A model generated the notes under the pieces. That model searched no databases. It was not told the DNA's origin and saw only the letters and a program-made list of their open reading frames with translations. A program made the position numbers and the translations under genes. A stretch of 11,447 nt of DNA from positions 1 to 11,447 of the forward strand of contig JBDRNY010000012.1 of NCBI GenBank assembly GCA_043810635.1, given 5' to 3'. Below, one piece after another: positions 1 to 7,787 of this stretch. Every line of letters starts with the position of its first letter. The first letter of the stretch is position 1. The stretch comes from Candidatus Micrarchaeota archaeon. GTDB taxonomy: Archaea > Micrarchaeota > Micrarchaeia > Anstonellales > Anstonellaceae.

Positions 1-53
1 TCCTGTGCCGGCGCAACCGGCTGTTCAATCGTCTTTGACTCAAACAAAAACAT
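1..53 (-). CDS. Possible 5' end of a gene running off the left edge (MFLFESKTIEQPVAPAQ...), product unknown
   Basis: ATG at 53-51, open to the edge; purine-rich GGGGGGAATAGGC just upstream, in-frame stop 8 codons upstream, TATAAA-like box at 79-74 on the minus strand. Only 17 codons visible. Confidence 0.4.
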   Translation of the reverse strand, partial: MFLFESKTIEQPVAPAQ

Positions 54-261
54 GCCTATTCCCCCCTTATTCCTTTATAGCAATTCCCCTTTGGAAAGCA
101 AATTTAATAAATATCACCAGCATTTTTTTTATTATCTGCCATATCTCTGCCTTGAGGCAAAAATTTGCTGTGTTTTTTGTTTTTGGAAACAGAAATTTGC
201 CTGCTGTTAGAAATAAAACACAACGCCCTAACCCCCTGCCCTTTCAGAAGTGTTTTATTCG

Positions 262-269
262 TTTATATT
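262..269 (+). promoter_or_regulatory. Putative archaeal TATA box for the Cys-rich gene
   Basis: TTTATATT ending 30 nt upstream of ATG 299. Confidence 0.45.
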
Positions 270-298
270 CCAATTACTACCCTTCAAAAATATATGTG

Positions 299-1570
299 AT
301 GGTGTTATCTTTGCAAAAATTAAATTTTTCAATTATTTTTTCTGCCCTTATATTGGTTTTACTCTCTATACCCAGCATATCTGCAATTTATTGCAATAAC
401 GGGGAGACTAAATGCATTGATGATACCCATCTTGCAAGCTGCAGATTCAATGAATGGTCTCCTGCATATACGATGCCATGCCCGCTCGGATGCGAAAATG
501 ATGCGTGTATTCAAAATTTAGAGGTCTGCGACCAGGGCTTGCGGCAATGTGACGGGCAGGATATTCTTTATTGCGACGATGATGGGGAGATAAAAATTGC
601 ACGCACTTGCGAGGAGGGAACAACCTGCCTCCAATTTGGATGGGATGCGACATGTTTCCAGAGCAGTGGAGAGACTTCATGCGCGCCAACCACTAATTAT
701 TTCAACAAATTCACAATGGTCTGCATAGACGATTGCGAATCCACATTTGGCTCCGGTCCCTGGGTTTGCGATTTTCAATTTTGCAATTGCATACATATAG
801 ATGATTTTAGGTGCTCTGGGGGAGCAGTTTATGCAGACGGAACCTGCGGAGCAGATGATTGCGCCCAAGCATATAATGATGATTCATATTACTGCAACCC
901 AGACACATGCAGGTGTGTTAAAGGCCAGCCAGAGGAGCCGGAAAGTGGGAAATTTTGCTCAGAGGAGCAGAGATATCTGAACGGAACCTGCGGAACTGAT
1001 AATTGTGCGCAATATTATGCAAATGATTCATATTATTGTGATGCAGAAAACTGCAAATGCTTAAGCGAGGAGCCTGGTGGGGTATTTTATCCAGTTGATG
1101 ACGAATGCGACGGGCTGGAGGATGGCATGCATCATGGTGCCGGCATTCAGACATATAACGAGACAAATGATATATGGCAAACAAGGCAATGCACCACTTA
1201 TTGGGAGTTTTATTGCCTTGACGGAATGCTTGTTGAGGATAATGGCATAATCTCTAGCTGCACAAGCTGGAACGGCCAGGCTGATGCCCAGGATTTTTGT
1301 GAGAAAATTGAAACAGAGGTTGAAACATCCCCAGCAGGGGCTATAGTTGGCGAGTGCATGGTAATCATCCCTTCATTCAATATTTTCGGCTTCATAACTC
1401 CTGCATTATATCTTGACAATTGCGCCCCTGGCTCAACATGTGATTATTCCAGCGGCTACTGCAAGCTGACCAGCTCTATTGTTAGCACTTCGTTTTACTG
1501 CTCCGGAACCTGCGGCATTGAATATTATTCATGCAACGCTGCAGGGGATGAATGTGTGTGCATGCCATAA
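299..1570 (+). CDS. Secreted cysteine-rich modular protein, 423 aa, function unknown
   Basis: Start re-assigned from 5 to ATG 299 (GTG 296 possible). Signal-peptide-like N-terminus MVLSLQKLNFSIIFSALILVLLSIPSISA; 44 Cys in repeated modules; acidic; no C-terminal TM anchor. Confidence 0.85.
   Translation: MVLSLQKLNFSIIFSALILVLLSIPSISAIYCNNGETKCIDDTHLASCRFNEWSPAYTMPCPLGCENDACIQNLEVCDQGLRQCDGQDILYCDDDGEIKIARTCEEGTTCLQFGWDATCFQSSGETSCAPTTNYFNKFTMVCIDDCESTFGSGPWVCDFQFCNCIHIDDFRCSGGAVYADGTCGADDCAQAYNDDSYYCNPDTCRCVKGQPEEPESGKFCSEEQRYLNGTCGTDNCAQYYANDSYYCDAENCKCLSEEPGGVFYPVDDECDGLEDGMHHGAGIQTYNETNDIWQTRQCTTYWEFYCLDGMLVEDNGIISSCTSWNGQADAQDFCEKIETEVETSPAGAIVGECMVIIPSFNIFGFITPALYLDNCAPGSTCDYSSGYCKLTSSIVSTSFYCSGTCGIEYYSCNAAGDECVCMP
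812..1063 (+). repeat. Intragenic duplication: two 36-aa six-Cys modules 144 nt apart
   Basis: CSGGAVYADGTCGADDCAQAYNDDSYYCNPDTCRCV vs CSEEQRYLNGTCGTDNCAQYYANDSYYCDAENCKCL; identical DNA ACGGAACCTGCGGA at 837-850 and 981-994. Confidence 0.9.
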
Positions 1571-1602
1571 GCCATGCACTTACGGCACCTTTCTCCCTTT
1601 TT
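1558..1602 (+). terminator. Possible terminator: short stem over the stop codon followed by a pyrimidine/T tract
   Basis: GTGCATG (1558-1564) / CATGCAC (1573-1579) flank TAA; followed by CCTTTCTCCCTTTTT. Confidence 0.3.
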
Positions 1603-1620
1603 GCTACCCAATCATATAGA

Positions 1621-1679
1621 GCTCAAAGCCCCAAATGTGCAATTAGCACATACTTCTATATCCAGCCCTGCACCCGCAT
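1621..1679 (-). pseudogene. Decayed 3' fragment of a paralog of the adjacent VTT-domain gene
   Basis: Manual alignment to 1716-1773: 42/58 identical plus one 1-nt gap. Reads AGAG-(shift)-WI*KYVLIAHLGL*A vs AGAGRILRYSMLAYFGLWA. Confidence 0.7.
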
Positions 1680-1699
1680 TCCAAAATAAGCAATCTCCT

Positions 1700-2251
1700 T
1701 CAAATCCATCCCGTTGCCCAAAGCCCGAAATATGCAAGCATGGAATACCTCAATATCCTTCCCGCCCCTGCATACAAAAGAAATTTCCACCATTCTATTT
1801 TCATCACTCCCGCCAAAATTCCCGCAAAATCAAAAAACGGATTTGGAAAAAATGAAAAAACAAATATTGCAATTCCAGCATGCCTCCTGATTGCCTCTTT
1901 TTGAAGCATTATTGCATATTTTGCAAATTTATTTTTTGTTTTAAGCAATTTCTGGGAATTCACTCCCAGCGCATAGCCTGTCAATTCCCCTATTGCAGAT
2001 GCAACACCCGCAACAATGCCAACTCCAAGCGGGGGAAGCACTTTTCCCATTGAAAATATTGCAATTTGCAGCGGCACAGTGGGGAAAAACACTGATGCGG
2101 ACGAAATCAAGGAAATTGCAAATATGCCGAAATAAGAATAATTTCCAAAAATAGTTGCAACCTCATCTGCATAAAAAAATATTGCAATTGAAAATAATAT
2201 TATTGCCCCTATCCATATTGCCGAAAGAATGCGGTTATTCCCCCTCCTCAT
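1700..2251 (-). CDS. VTT / SNARE-associated (DedA-superfamily) membrane protein
   Basis: Multi-TM hydrophobic profile with family motifs SSASVFFP, GVASAIGELTGYALG, FFPNPFFDFAGILAG, GRILRY; ATG at 2251 (TTG 2254 alternative). Confidence 0.85.
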   Translation of the reverse strand: MRRGNNRILSAIWIGAIILFSIAIFFYADEVATIFGNYSYFGIFAISLISSASVFFPTVPLQIAIFSMGKVLPPLGVGIVAGVASAIGELTGYALGVNSQKLLKTKNKFAKYAIMLQKEAIRRHAGIAIFVFSFFPNPFFDFAGILAGVMKIEWWKFLLYAGAGRILRYSMLAYFGLWATGWI

Positions 2252-2272
2252 CAATTTGAAATTGCAAGTTGC

Positions 2273-2281
2273 ATTTATATA
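2273..2281. promoter_or_regulatory. Single TATA box centred between divergent starts (VTT gene / galT-like)
   Basis: ATTTATATA in the middle of a 51-nt spacer between ATG 2251 (-) and ATG 2303 (+). Confidence 0.6.
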
Positions 2282-2302
2282 TTGTACTTACATGCCCATA
2301 TT

Positions 2303-3244
2303 ATGGCGCGCGAGATAACTGAGGCTGAAATACGCACAGATTTTCTTGGCAGGACTGCAATTCTCACCCCCGGCAGGGCAAAGCGCCCCCACGAATTCAA
2401 GGCAGAAGTGCCAAAGAAAAAAACTCCTAAGTCAAAGTGCTTTTTCTGCCCAGGCAACGAATCCCTCACCCCCACGGAAATTGACCGCACCCCCCTAACA
2501 AAAGGAAAAGGGTGGCAAAACAGGGTATTTCCAAACAAATTTCCTGCATTAAGCCATGGATGGAAAAAAGCATACGGCTCCCATGAAATAATTGTAGAAA
2601 CCCCAGACCACCACAAAACCCTTTCCCAATTATCTGATAATGAAATATTCCTTTATTTGAAAATGGCTGTAAAGCGCCTTAATGCCCACTCCCGCAACAA
2701 AAAAATAAAATACACTTCATTATTCAAAAACGAGTGGGAAGCTGCCGGGGCATCTTTGGAGCACATCCACACCCAGGTTGTTGCACTGCCTTTCATTCCC
2801 CCTTATGTAAAAAAGCAAATAAAAGCATGCAAAAAAAATTGCAAATTTTGCAAAATTGCAAAAAACAAAAAATTCCCAAAAATAATTTCAAAAGGAAAAT
2901 TCCTTCTTCTCTGCCCCTATGTGCCGAAATACAAATATGAGATGTGGATTGTTCCAAAAAAGCACATCAGCTCAATAGTTGACATGGATGATTCCACCCT
3001 CCTCTCCCTTGCAAAAATTTTGGGAATTGCAGTAAAAACCCAGGATTCTTATCTCAATTACCCCCCATATAATATACTCTATCATCTTGCCCCCCACCGC
3101 TCCAAGGCATTTCATATGCACATATCAATTACCCCCCGCATTGCAAAATGGGCGGGCTTTGAGCACCAGACCGGAGTGATACTAAATTCAGTCCGCCCTG
3201 AAATAGCTGCAGGGGAGTATAAAGTCAACCTAAGAAGGAGATAG
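2303..3244 (+). CDS. galT: Galactose-1-phosphate uridylyltransferase-like HIT-superfamily nucleotidyltransferase
   Basis: RAKRP, CFFCPGNE, RVFPNKFPAL, HEIIVETPDH, AGASLEHIHTQ (HxHxQ), second CKFC, PKKH and FHMH motifs. Start re-assigned to ATG 2303 (MAREIT); substrate not certain. Confidence 0.85.
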   Translation: MAREITEAEIRTDFLGRTAILTPGRAKRPHEFKAEVPKKKTPKSKCFFCPGNESLTPTEIDRTPLTKGKGWQNRVFPNKFPALSHGWKKAYGSHEIIVETPDHHKTLSQLSDNEIFLYLKMAVKRLNAHSRNKKIKYTSLFKNEWEAAGASLEHIHTQVVALPFIPPYVKKQIKACKKNCKFCKIAKNKKFPKIISKGKFLLLCPYVPKYKYEMWIVPKKHISSIVDMDDSTLLSLAKILGIAVKTQDSYLNYPPYNILYHLAPHRSKAFHMHISITPRIAKWAGFEHQTGVILNSVRPEIAAGEYKVNLRRR

Positions 3245-3251
3245 GCAACAC

Positions 3252-3261
3252 TTTTTTATCT
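3252..3261 (+). promoter_or_regulatory. Putative TATA box for gatD (may double as the galT oligo-T terminator)
   Basis: AGGCAACACTTTTTTATCT ending ~20 nt before ATG 3282; resembles AGGCACTCTTTTTATAT upstream of aIF5A. Confidence 0.4.
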
Positions 3262-3281
3262 ATTCTATTCCAATTTCATTT

Positions 3282-4631
3282 ATGTATTCTGAAGAAGTTA
3301 AGGCAATGCTAACAAAAGCGGGAGCAGGCATAGGGGATTATGTAAAATATTCCCGCGGAGCTCTTACCCTTGAGGGAATAGTATTGCCCAGGCAGGAAAG
3401 CGGGGACAAGAATTGCCTTGTATTAAAATTAAATTCCGGGTATAATGCGGGTGTTGGGATGGAAAAAGCAAAAATAGAAAAAATAAAATCTTCTAAATTA
3501 AAATTCAAACTGCCCTATCATCCCAAATCCTCAAAAACAGGCCCCTCCTCCGCACCCCATCTTTCGTTAATATCCACCGGCGGCACCATAGCTTCTCGCG
3601 TTGATTATGAAACAGGGGCAGTGCACCCCCAAATAAAAGCATCCGAGCTTGTTGGGGCATATCCCCGCCTGAAAAAATTTGAGCCAATTAAAGTAAATTC
3701 GCTTTTTTCCATACTTTCCGAAGACATGAATCCCTCAAGATGGAGTGAAATGGCAAAAGAAGTTAAAAATGAATTTGATGGCGGCGCAACCGGAATTGTA
3801 ATTGCGCATGGCACAGATACAATGGGCTATTCTTCTGCAGCCCTTTCCTATGCATTACAAAACCTCCCCTCCCCCTTAATATTTACAGGCGCACAGCGCT
3901 CCCCTGACAGGGCTTCTTCAGATGCTGCACAAAACATTTTCTGTTCATGCGCTGCCGCACGCTCAAATTTTGCTGAAGTGGCAATATGCATGCATGTAAG
4001 CACAAATGACACTTTCAATTATATTCATTGGGGCACCCGCGCCCGCAAATCCCACACTTCCGGAAGGTGGGCATTTAAATCAATAGGCGCGCACCCAATA
4101 GGAAAAGTTGACGGTGAAAGCGGAAATGTGCAAATTAATGACACCCGAATTCCAAAAAAAGATTTGAAAAGAAAAATTATATTAAAAAACAAATTTTCAG
4201 AAAATGTGCATCTTGCCTGGATATATCCCGGCATCACCCCAAAAACAGTTTCCTTATGGAGCAAATATGACGGCATAGTAATTGCAGGCACGGGATTGGG
4301 CCATGCGCCGTTAGACATCCATAATTCAAAATCCAAAACTTCCATCCTTCCCGCACTCAAGGAATTAATCTCCTCAGATGTAATAATTGCAATTTCCCCC
4401 CAAACTTTGGGCGGGAGAATTATGCTTGAAACTTATTCCACCGGAAGAAAGCTTGAAGATATCGGAGTAATAGGCAACAGGGCAGACTGGCTTCCTGAAA
4501 CATGCTATGCAAAATTATGCTGGGTGCTCGGGCAAACAAAAAACAAAAAGAAAGCGGAAGAATTGATGATGGCTCCTGTTGCAAACGACATCTCCCCCTT
4601 CTCATCAGTTGAAGAAAGCACTTATGAGTGA
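3282..4631 (+). CDS. gatD: Glu-tRNA(Gln) amidotransferase subunit D
   Basis: N-terminal LKLNSGYNAG barrel; asparaginase-type motifs STGGTIASRVDY, HGTDTM, GAQRSPDR, RKSHTS; adjacent to gatE. Confidence 0.97.
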   Translation: MYSEEVKAMLTKAGAGIGDYVKYSRGALTLEGIVLPRQESGDKNCLVLKLNSGYNAGVGMEKAKIEKIKSSKLKFKLPYHPKSSKTGPSSAPHLSLISTGGTIASRVDYETGAVHPQIKASELVGAYPRLKKFEPIKVNSLFSILSEDMNPSRWSEMAKEVKNEFDGGATGIVIAHGTDTMGYSSAALSYALQNLPSPLIFTGAQRSPDRASSDAAQNIFCSCAAARSNFAEVAICMHVSTNDTFNYIHWGTRARKSHTSGRWAFKSIGAHPIGKVDGESGNVQINDTRIPKKDLKRKIILKNKFSENVHLAWIYPGITPKTVSLWSKYDGIVIAGTGLGHAPLDIHNSKSKTSILPALKELISSDVIIAISPQTLGGRIMLETYSTGRKLEDIGVIGNRADWLPETCYAKLCWVLGQTKNKKKAEELMMAPVANDISPFSSVEESTYE

Positions 4632-6424
4632 ACTCTATGTTGTGCGGGCTTGAAATACACCAAAGGTTGGCCGGGCATAAATTATTCAACAATTGTCCCA
4701 CTCCCTCCCCCAATGAAAAATTGGATGAAAAAAGCGAAAAAATTATCCGCACATTGAATTTGGCATCAAGCGAGCTTGGAAAAGTGGATATTGCGGCAGA
4801 ATTTGAAGTGCAAAGAAGGCGCACATTTGAATATTCCGCCCCGCCTCAGCATTCCTGCCTTGTTGACAGCGATGAAGAGCCCCCCGGAGAGCTAAACCCA
4901 AATGCGTTTTTGCAGGTATTGAAATTTGCAAAGCATGTTAATGCAAACATAGTTGATGAAATACAGGTAATGAGAAAAACTGTTATTGACGGCTCCAACA
5001 CTTCCGGCTTCCAGCGCACAGCATTGGTAGCAACAGGGGGAAAATTGAAATATTCTGAAGGAAGCATTTCATTAAGCACAATTTGCATTGAAGAGGAAAG
5101 CGCGGGAATACTCCCCCCAAGCAAAGGGCGTACCTCCTACCGCTTAGACAGGTTAGGCATTCCTTTAATTGAAATTGCAACAGAACCTGTTTTTACCTCC
5201 CCGCAACAAGCTGCTGCAGGCGCAGAAGCGCTCGGGCTTGCATTAAGGATGATTGAAGGGGTGATGAGGGGGCTGGGCACCATCAGGCAGGATGTCAATA
5301 TTTCCACCCCAAAAGGCGCGCGTGTTGAAATAAAAGGATTGCAAAGTCTGAAGCTTCTTTCCCTTCTTGTTGAAAACGAAGTAAAAAGGCAGGAAAAATT
5401 AATTGAAATAATAAATGAAATTAAAAAAAGAGTTAAAGGAAACGCACCAAAAATCCAGCCTGTCAACTTAACCCCTATTTTCAAAAATTCATTTTGCAAA
5501 ATAACAAAAAAAGCAATTTCTTCAGGGGGAGTTGTTTTGGCGGCAAAGCTTCCCTCTTATGCAGGATTGCTTGGAAAAGAATTATATACCGGAAGGAGAT
5601 TTGGAAGCGAATTGGCAGATTATGCAAAATCTGCGGGAGGGGTAAAAGGGCTTCTTCATTCAGACGAAAATTTACAGGGTTATGGATTTTCCCTGGAAGA
5701 AATAACAAATTTGAAAAAAAAGCTTGGTGCAAATAAAGAAGATGCTGTCATAATAATTGCAGATTCAAGGGAAAAAGCAGAAAATGCGATAAATGCCGCA
5801 ATAAAGCGTGCACTATTTTTTTCAATTCCAGAAGAAACCCGCAAAGCTGATGCCAACGGCGGCTCTTCTTTCATGAGGCCATTGGCAGGCGCGCACCGCA
5901 TGTATCCTGAAACAGATGTGCGCCCGATAAAAATAACTTCCCAAATGCTTCAAAATGCAGGAAAATTGGATTCATTGGAAGAAAAAAGAAAAAAACTTGC
6001 AGAATTGCTCGGCCCGCAGCTTGGGGTGCAGATGCTCCGCTCCAGAAATTTGCCTTTGTTTGAAAAATTAAACAAAAAATATGCAGAGCCGAAATTAATT
6101 GCAATTACATTAGAGCAAACATTAGTTTCCCTCAGAAGAGAAGGCATTTCAGTTGAAAAAATAAATGAAACTATATTTGACGAATTATTCTTATTTTATG
6201 AAAAAGGAAAAATAACAAAAGCTTCAATATCTGAAATTCTAAAATATTCTGTTGGCAGAAAAAATGCAGAAGAAATAATTGACGAGCGCAAATTGCAAAA
6301 AATTTCCGGGGAAGAATTAAAGAAATTATGGAAAAAAGAAGGAAAAGATATGCGCTCATTTATGGCAGAATACAGATTAGTTGTTGATGCAAAGGAAGTA
6401 ATGAAAATTTCCTCAGCTAATTGA
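4628..6424 (+). CDS. gatE: Glu-tRNA(Gln) amidotransferase subunit E
   Basis: GLEIHQRL, DEEPP, MRKTVIDGSNTSGFQRT, RLDRLGIPLIEIAT, RGLGTIRQDVNIS, GAD-type insert (GLLHSDE), RMYPETDV. GTG start overlaps the gatD stop (GTGA); ATG 4637 alternative. Confidence 0.97.
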   Translation: MNSMLCGLEIHQRLAGHKLFNNCPTPSPNEKLDEKSEKIIRTLNLASSELGKVDIAAEFEVQRRRTFEYSAPPQHSCLVDSDEEPPGELNPNAFLQVLKFAKHVNANIVDEIQVMRKTVIDGSNTSGFQRTALVATGGKLKYSEGSISLSTICIEEESAGILPPSKGRTSYRLDRLGIPLIEIATEPVFTSPQQAAAGAEALGLALRMIEGVMRGLGTIRQDVNISTPKGARVEIKGLQSLKLLSLLVENEVKRQEKLIEIINEIKKRVKGNAPKIQPVNLTPIFKNSFCKITKKAISSGGVVLAAKLPSYAGLLGKELYTGRRFGSELADYAKSAGGVKGLLHSDENLQGYGFSLEEITNLKKKLGANKEDAVIIIADSREKAENAINAAIKRALFFSIPEETRKADANGGSSFMRPLAGAHRMYPETDVRPIKITSQMLQNAGKLDSLEEKRKKLAELLGPQLGVQMLRSRNLPLFEKLNKKYAEPKLIAITLEQTLVSLRREGISVEKINETIFDELFLFYEKGKITKASISEILKYSVGRKNAEEIIDERKLQKISGEELKKLWKKEGKDMRSFMAEYRLVVDAKEVMKISSAN

Positions 6425-6803
6425 TTTTTTCTTTAGGGAATAATCCTGAAGGCATTTTATCCTTCAGCAATGCAAACTCGTATTCTCTTATAGCATCCTC
6501 CGCATTCCCTATATTTGATTCTAACGTTAAAGCCGCTTCTACAAGCAGTTTCATAACAGTCACTGGTGTTTGGCCGCGTTCAAGGCATCTGTGGCATCTG
6601 ACTTTCAATTCCTCCATTCTGCTTTTGATGTCTCTTGTCGTTATCAGCTTTTTTCCAATTTCAATATTTTCATCATACCTAATTAAATTAACATTTTTTA
6701 CCAGATTAAAAGCATCACTTTTCATTTCTATTGCCTTATCTGCCGCCTTTCTTATACTGATATTGCAGCCATTGAATTTCATTACAATCTGAGTTTGCGC
6801 CAT
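6417..6803 (-). CDS. Hypothetical protein, 128 aa, probably helical, one CxxC
   Basis: Strong SD GGAGGTG (6815-6809) before the ATG; protein-like composition; 8-nt convergent overlap with the gatE end. Confidence 0.75.
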   Translation of the reverse strand: MAQTQIVMKFNGCNISIRKAADKAIEMKSDAFNLVKNVNLIRYDENIEIGKKLITTRDIKSRMEELKVRCHRCLERGQTPVTVMKLLVEAALTLESNIGNAEDAIREYEFALLKDKMPSGLFPKEKIN

Positions 6804-6901
6804 CTAACCACCTCCCGATATTTATATACCCAAAACAGGTTATTATCCCTATTTATCAGGGTTCAAATATTTCTTATTTTCTTCATGGACTTTTTTCCCA
6901 T

Positions 6902-6925
6902 CAGCTTGCCCTCCGGGCAAGTCTG
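6902..6925. repeat. Intergenic palindrome CAG-CTTGCCC-TCC-GGGCAAG-T-CTG
   Basis: Perfect 7-bp arms 6905-6911 / 6915-6921 with a 3-nt loop, flanked by T- and A-tracts; 14/15 identical to 9657-9671. Confidence 0.7.
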
Positions 6926-6939
6926 GCAAAAAGAAAAAA

Positions 6940-7755
6940 TTATTTCGGATACAGATAATCCCTATTCTCCTCAAATTTCTTTTTGCCATACCACAAAATT
7001 TCCAATCTATCCCGTGAATATTTCAGATAATGCCTGTCTTCTGAATGCACTTCCAAAGTAATTGTATCATCATACTTTTTCTTCAATTCTTCCACAATTT
7101 CCTGCAAATCAATCCTTCCTGCACCAAGGGGCAAATGGTCCACACCTTTTCCGTCATGCAAATGCACATGCCTAACCCTCGGGGAAAATTCTTTCCAAAA
7201 CCCTTCAAATACTTTTTTATATTCCACTTCAGCATGCCCCACATCCAATGTCATGCCCATATCCACTTCTGAAAATATTTGCTTAAATTCCTCAATAGTG
7301 CAGGATTTTGGAGTAACAGTTTCCAAAAGCAAATCCACGCCCATGCTTCTTGCTTTTTTATTCAACTCTTTCAAAGTGGCTATGCTGTTCTTAATCATGC
7401 TTTTCCTTCCCTGTATTGAGGGGGAAAGAGACAATTCCGTATGCAATGTCATTTTTTTTGCCCCGAGCATTGAAGCGGTTTGCAATGCAGAAACCATCTC
7501 AGTATTTACAGCTTTCTGAATTCTTTCATAAGGGTGGGCTATTGAAAAATACCAAGGCATATGCGCAACCAGCCCCAAATTATATGAAGAAAGCGCATCC
7601 AGAATTTCCTTCTTGTTTTTTGAAACATATTCCGGCTTTGCCCTGGGATGCTCTATAGTCAATTCCAGGAAATCAAAATTCATTTCCCCAAAAGTGTGTA
7701 TTTCTTCCACCAGTTTTTTGTGAGGATTGTTCATTGCGCCTATTAACATATTCAT
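6940..7755 (-). CDS. Sugar-phosphate isomerase/epimerase (xylose-isomerase-like / AP-endonuclease-2 TIM barrel)
   Basis: Metal-binding motifs VAHMP, TLHT, LLET, LDVGHA, HVHLHDG..DHLPLGAGRID, ITLEV; GGAG SD. Confidence 0.9.
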   Translation of the reverse strand: MNMLIGAMNNPHKKLVEEIHTFGEMNFDFLELTIEHPRAKPEYVSKNKKEILDALSSYNLGLVAHMPWYFSIAHPYERIQKAVNTEMVSALQTASMLGAKKMTLHTELSLSPSIQGRKSMIKNSIATLKELNKKARSMGVDLLLETVTPKSCTIEEFKQIFSEVDMGMTLDVGHAEVEYKKVFEGFWKEFSPRVRHVHLHDGKGVDHLPLGAGRIDLQEIVEELKKKYDDTITLEVHSEDRHYLKYSRDRLEILWYGKKKFEENRDYLYPK

Positions 7756-7787
7756 CTCTCCAACTAACCTATTCCGTATTGAGAGTT

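Noticed and set aside
5..298. 98-codon N-terminal extension of the 521-aa ORF
   Set aside because: Precedes the signal peptide, spans the TATA box and overlaps a probable divergent gene start; looks like open intergenic DNA
1574..1855. 93-aa plus-strand ORF
   Set aside because: Antisense to the VTT gene and its pseudogene fragment; no recognisable features
4676..4700. GatE KLFNNC instead of KLFCxC
   Set aside because: This Cys motif is variable among GatE proteins and the catalytic motifs are intact
6421..6792. 123-aa plus-strand ORF after gatE
   Set aside because: Codon-aligned antisense shadow of the minus-strand ORF, which has the SD and a more protein-like composition
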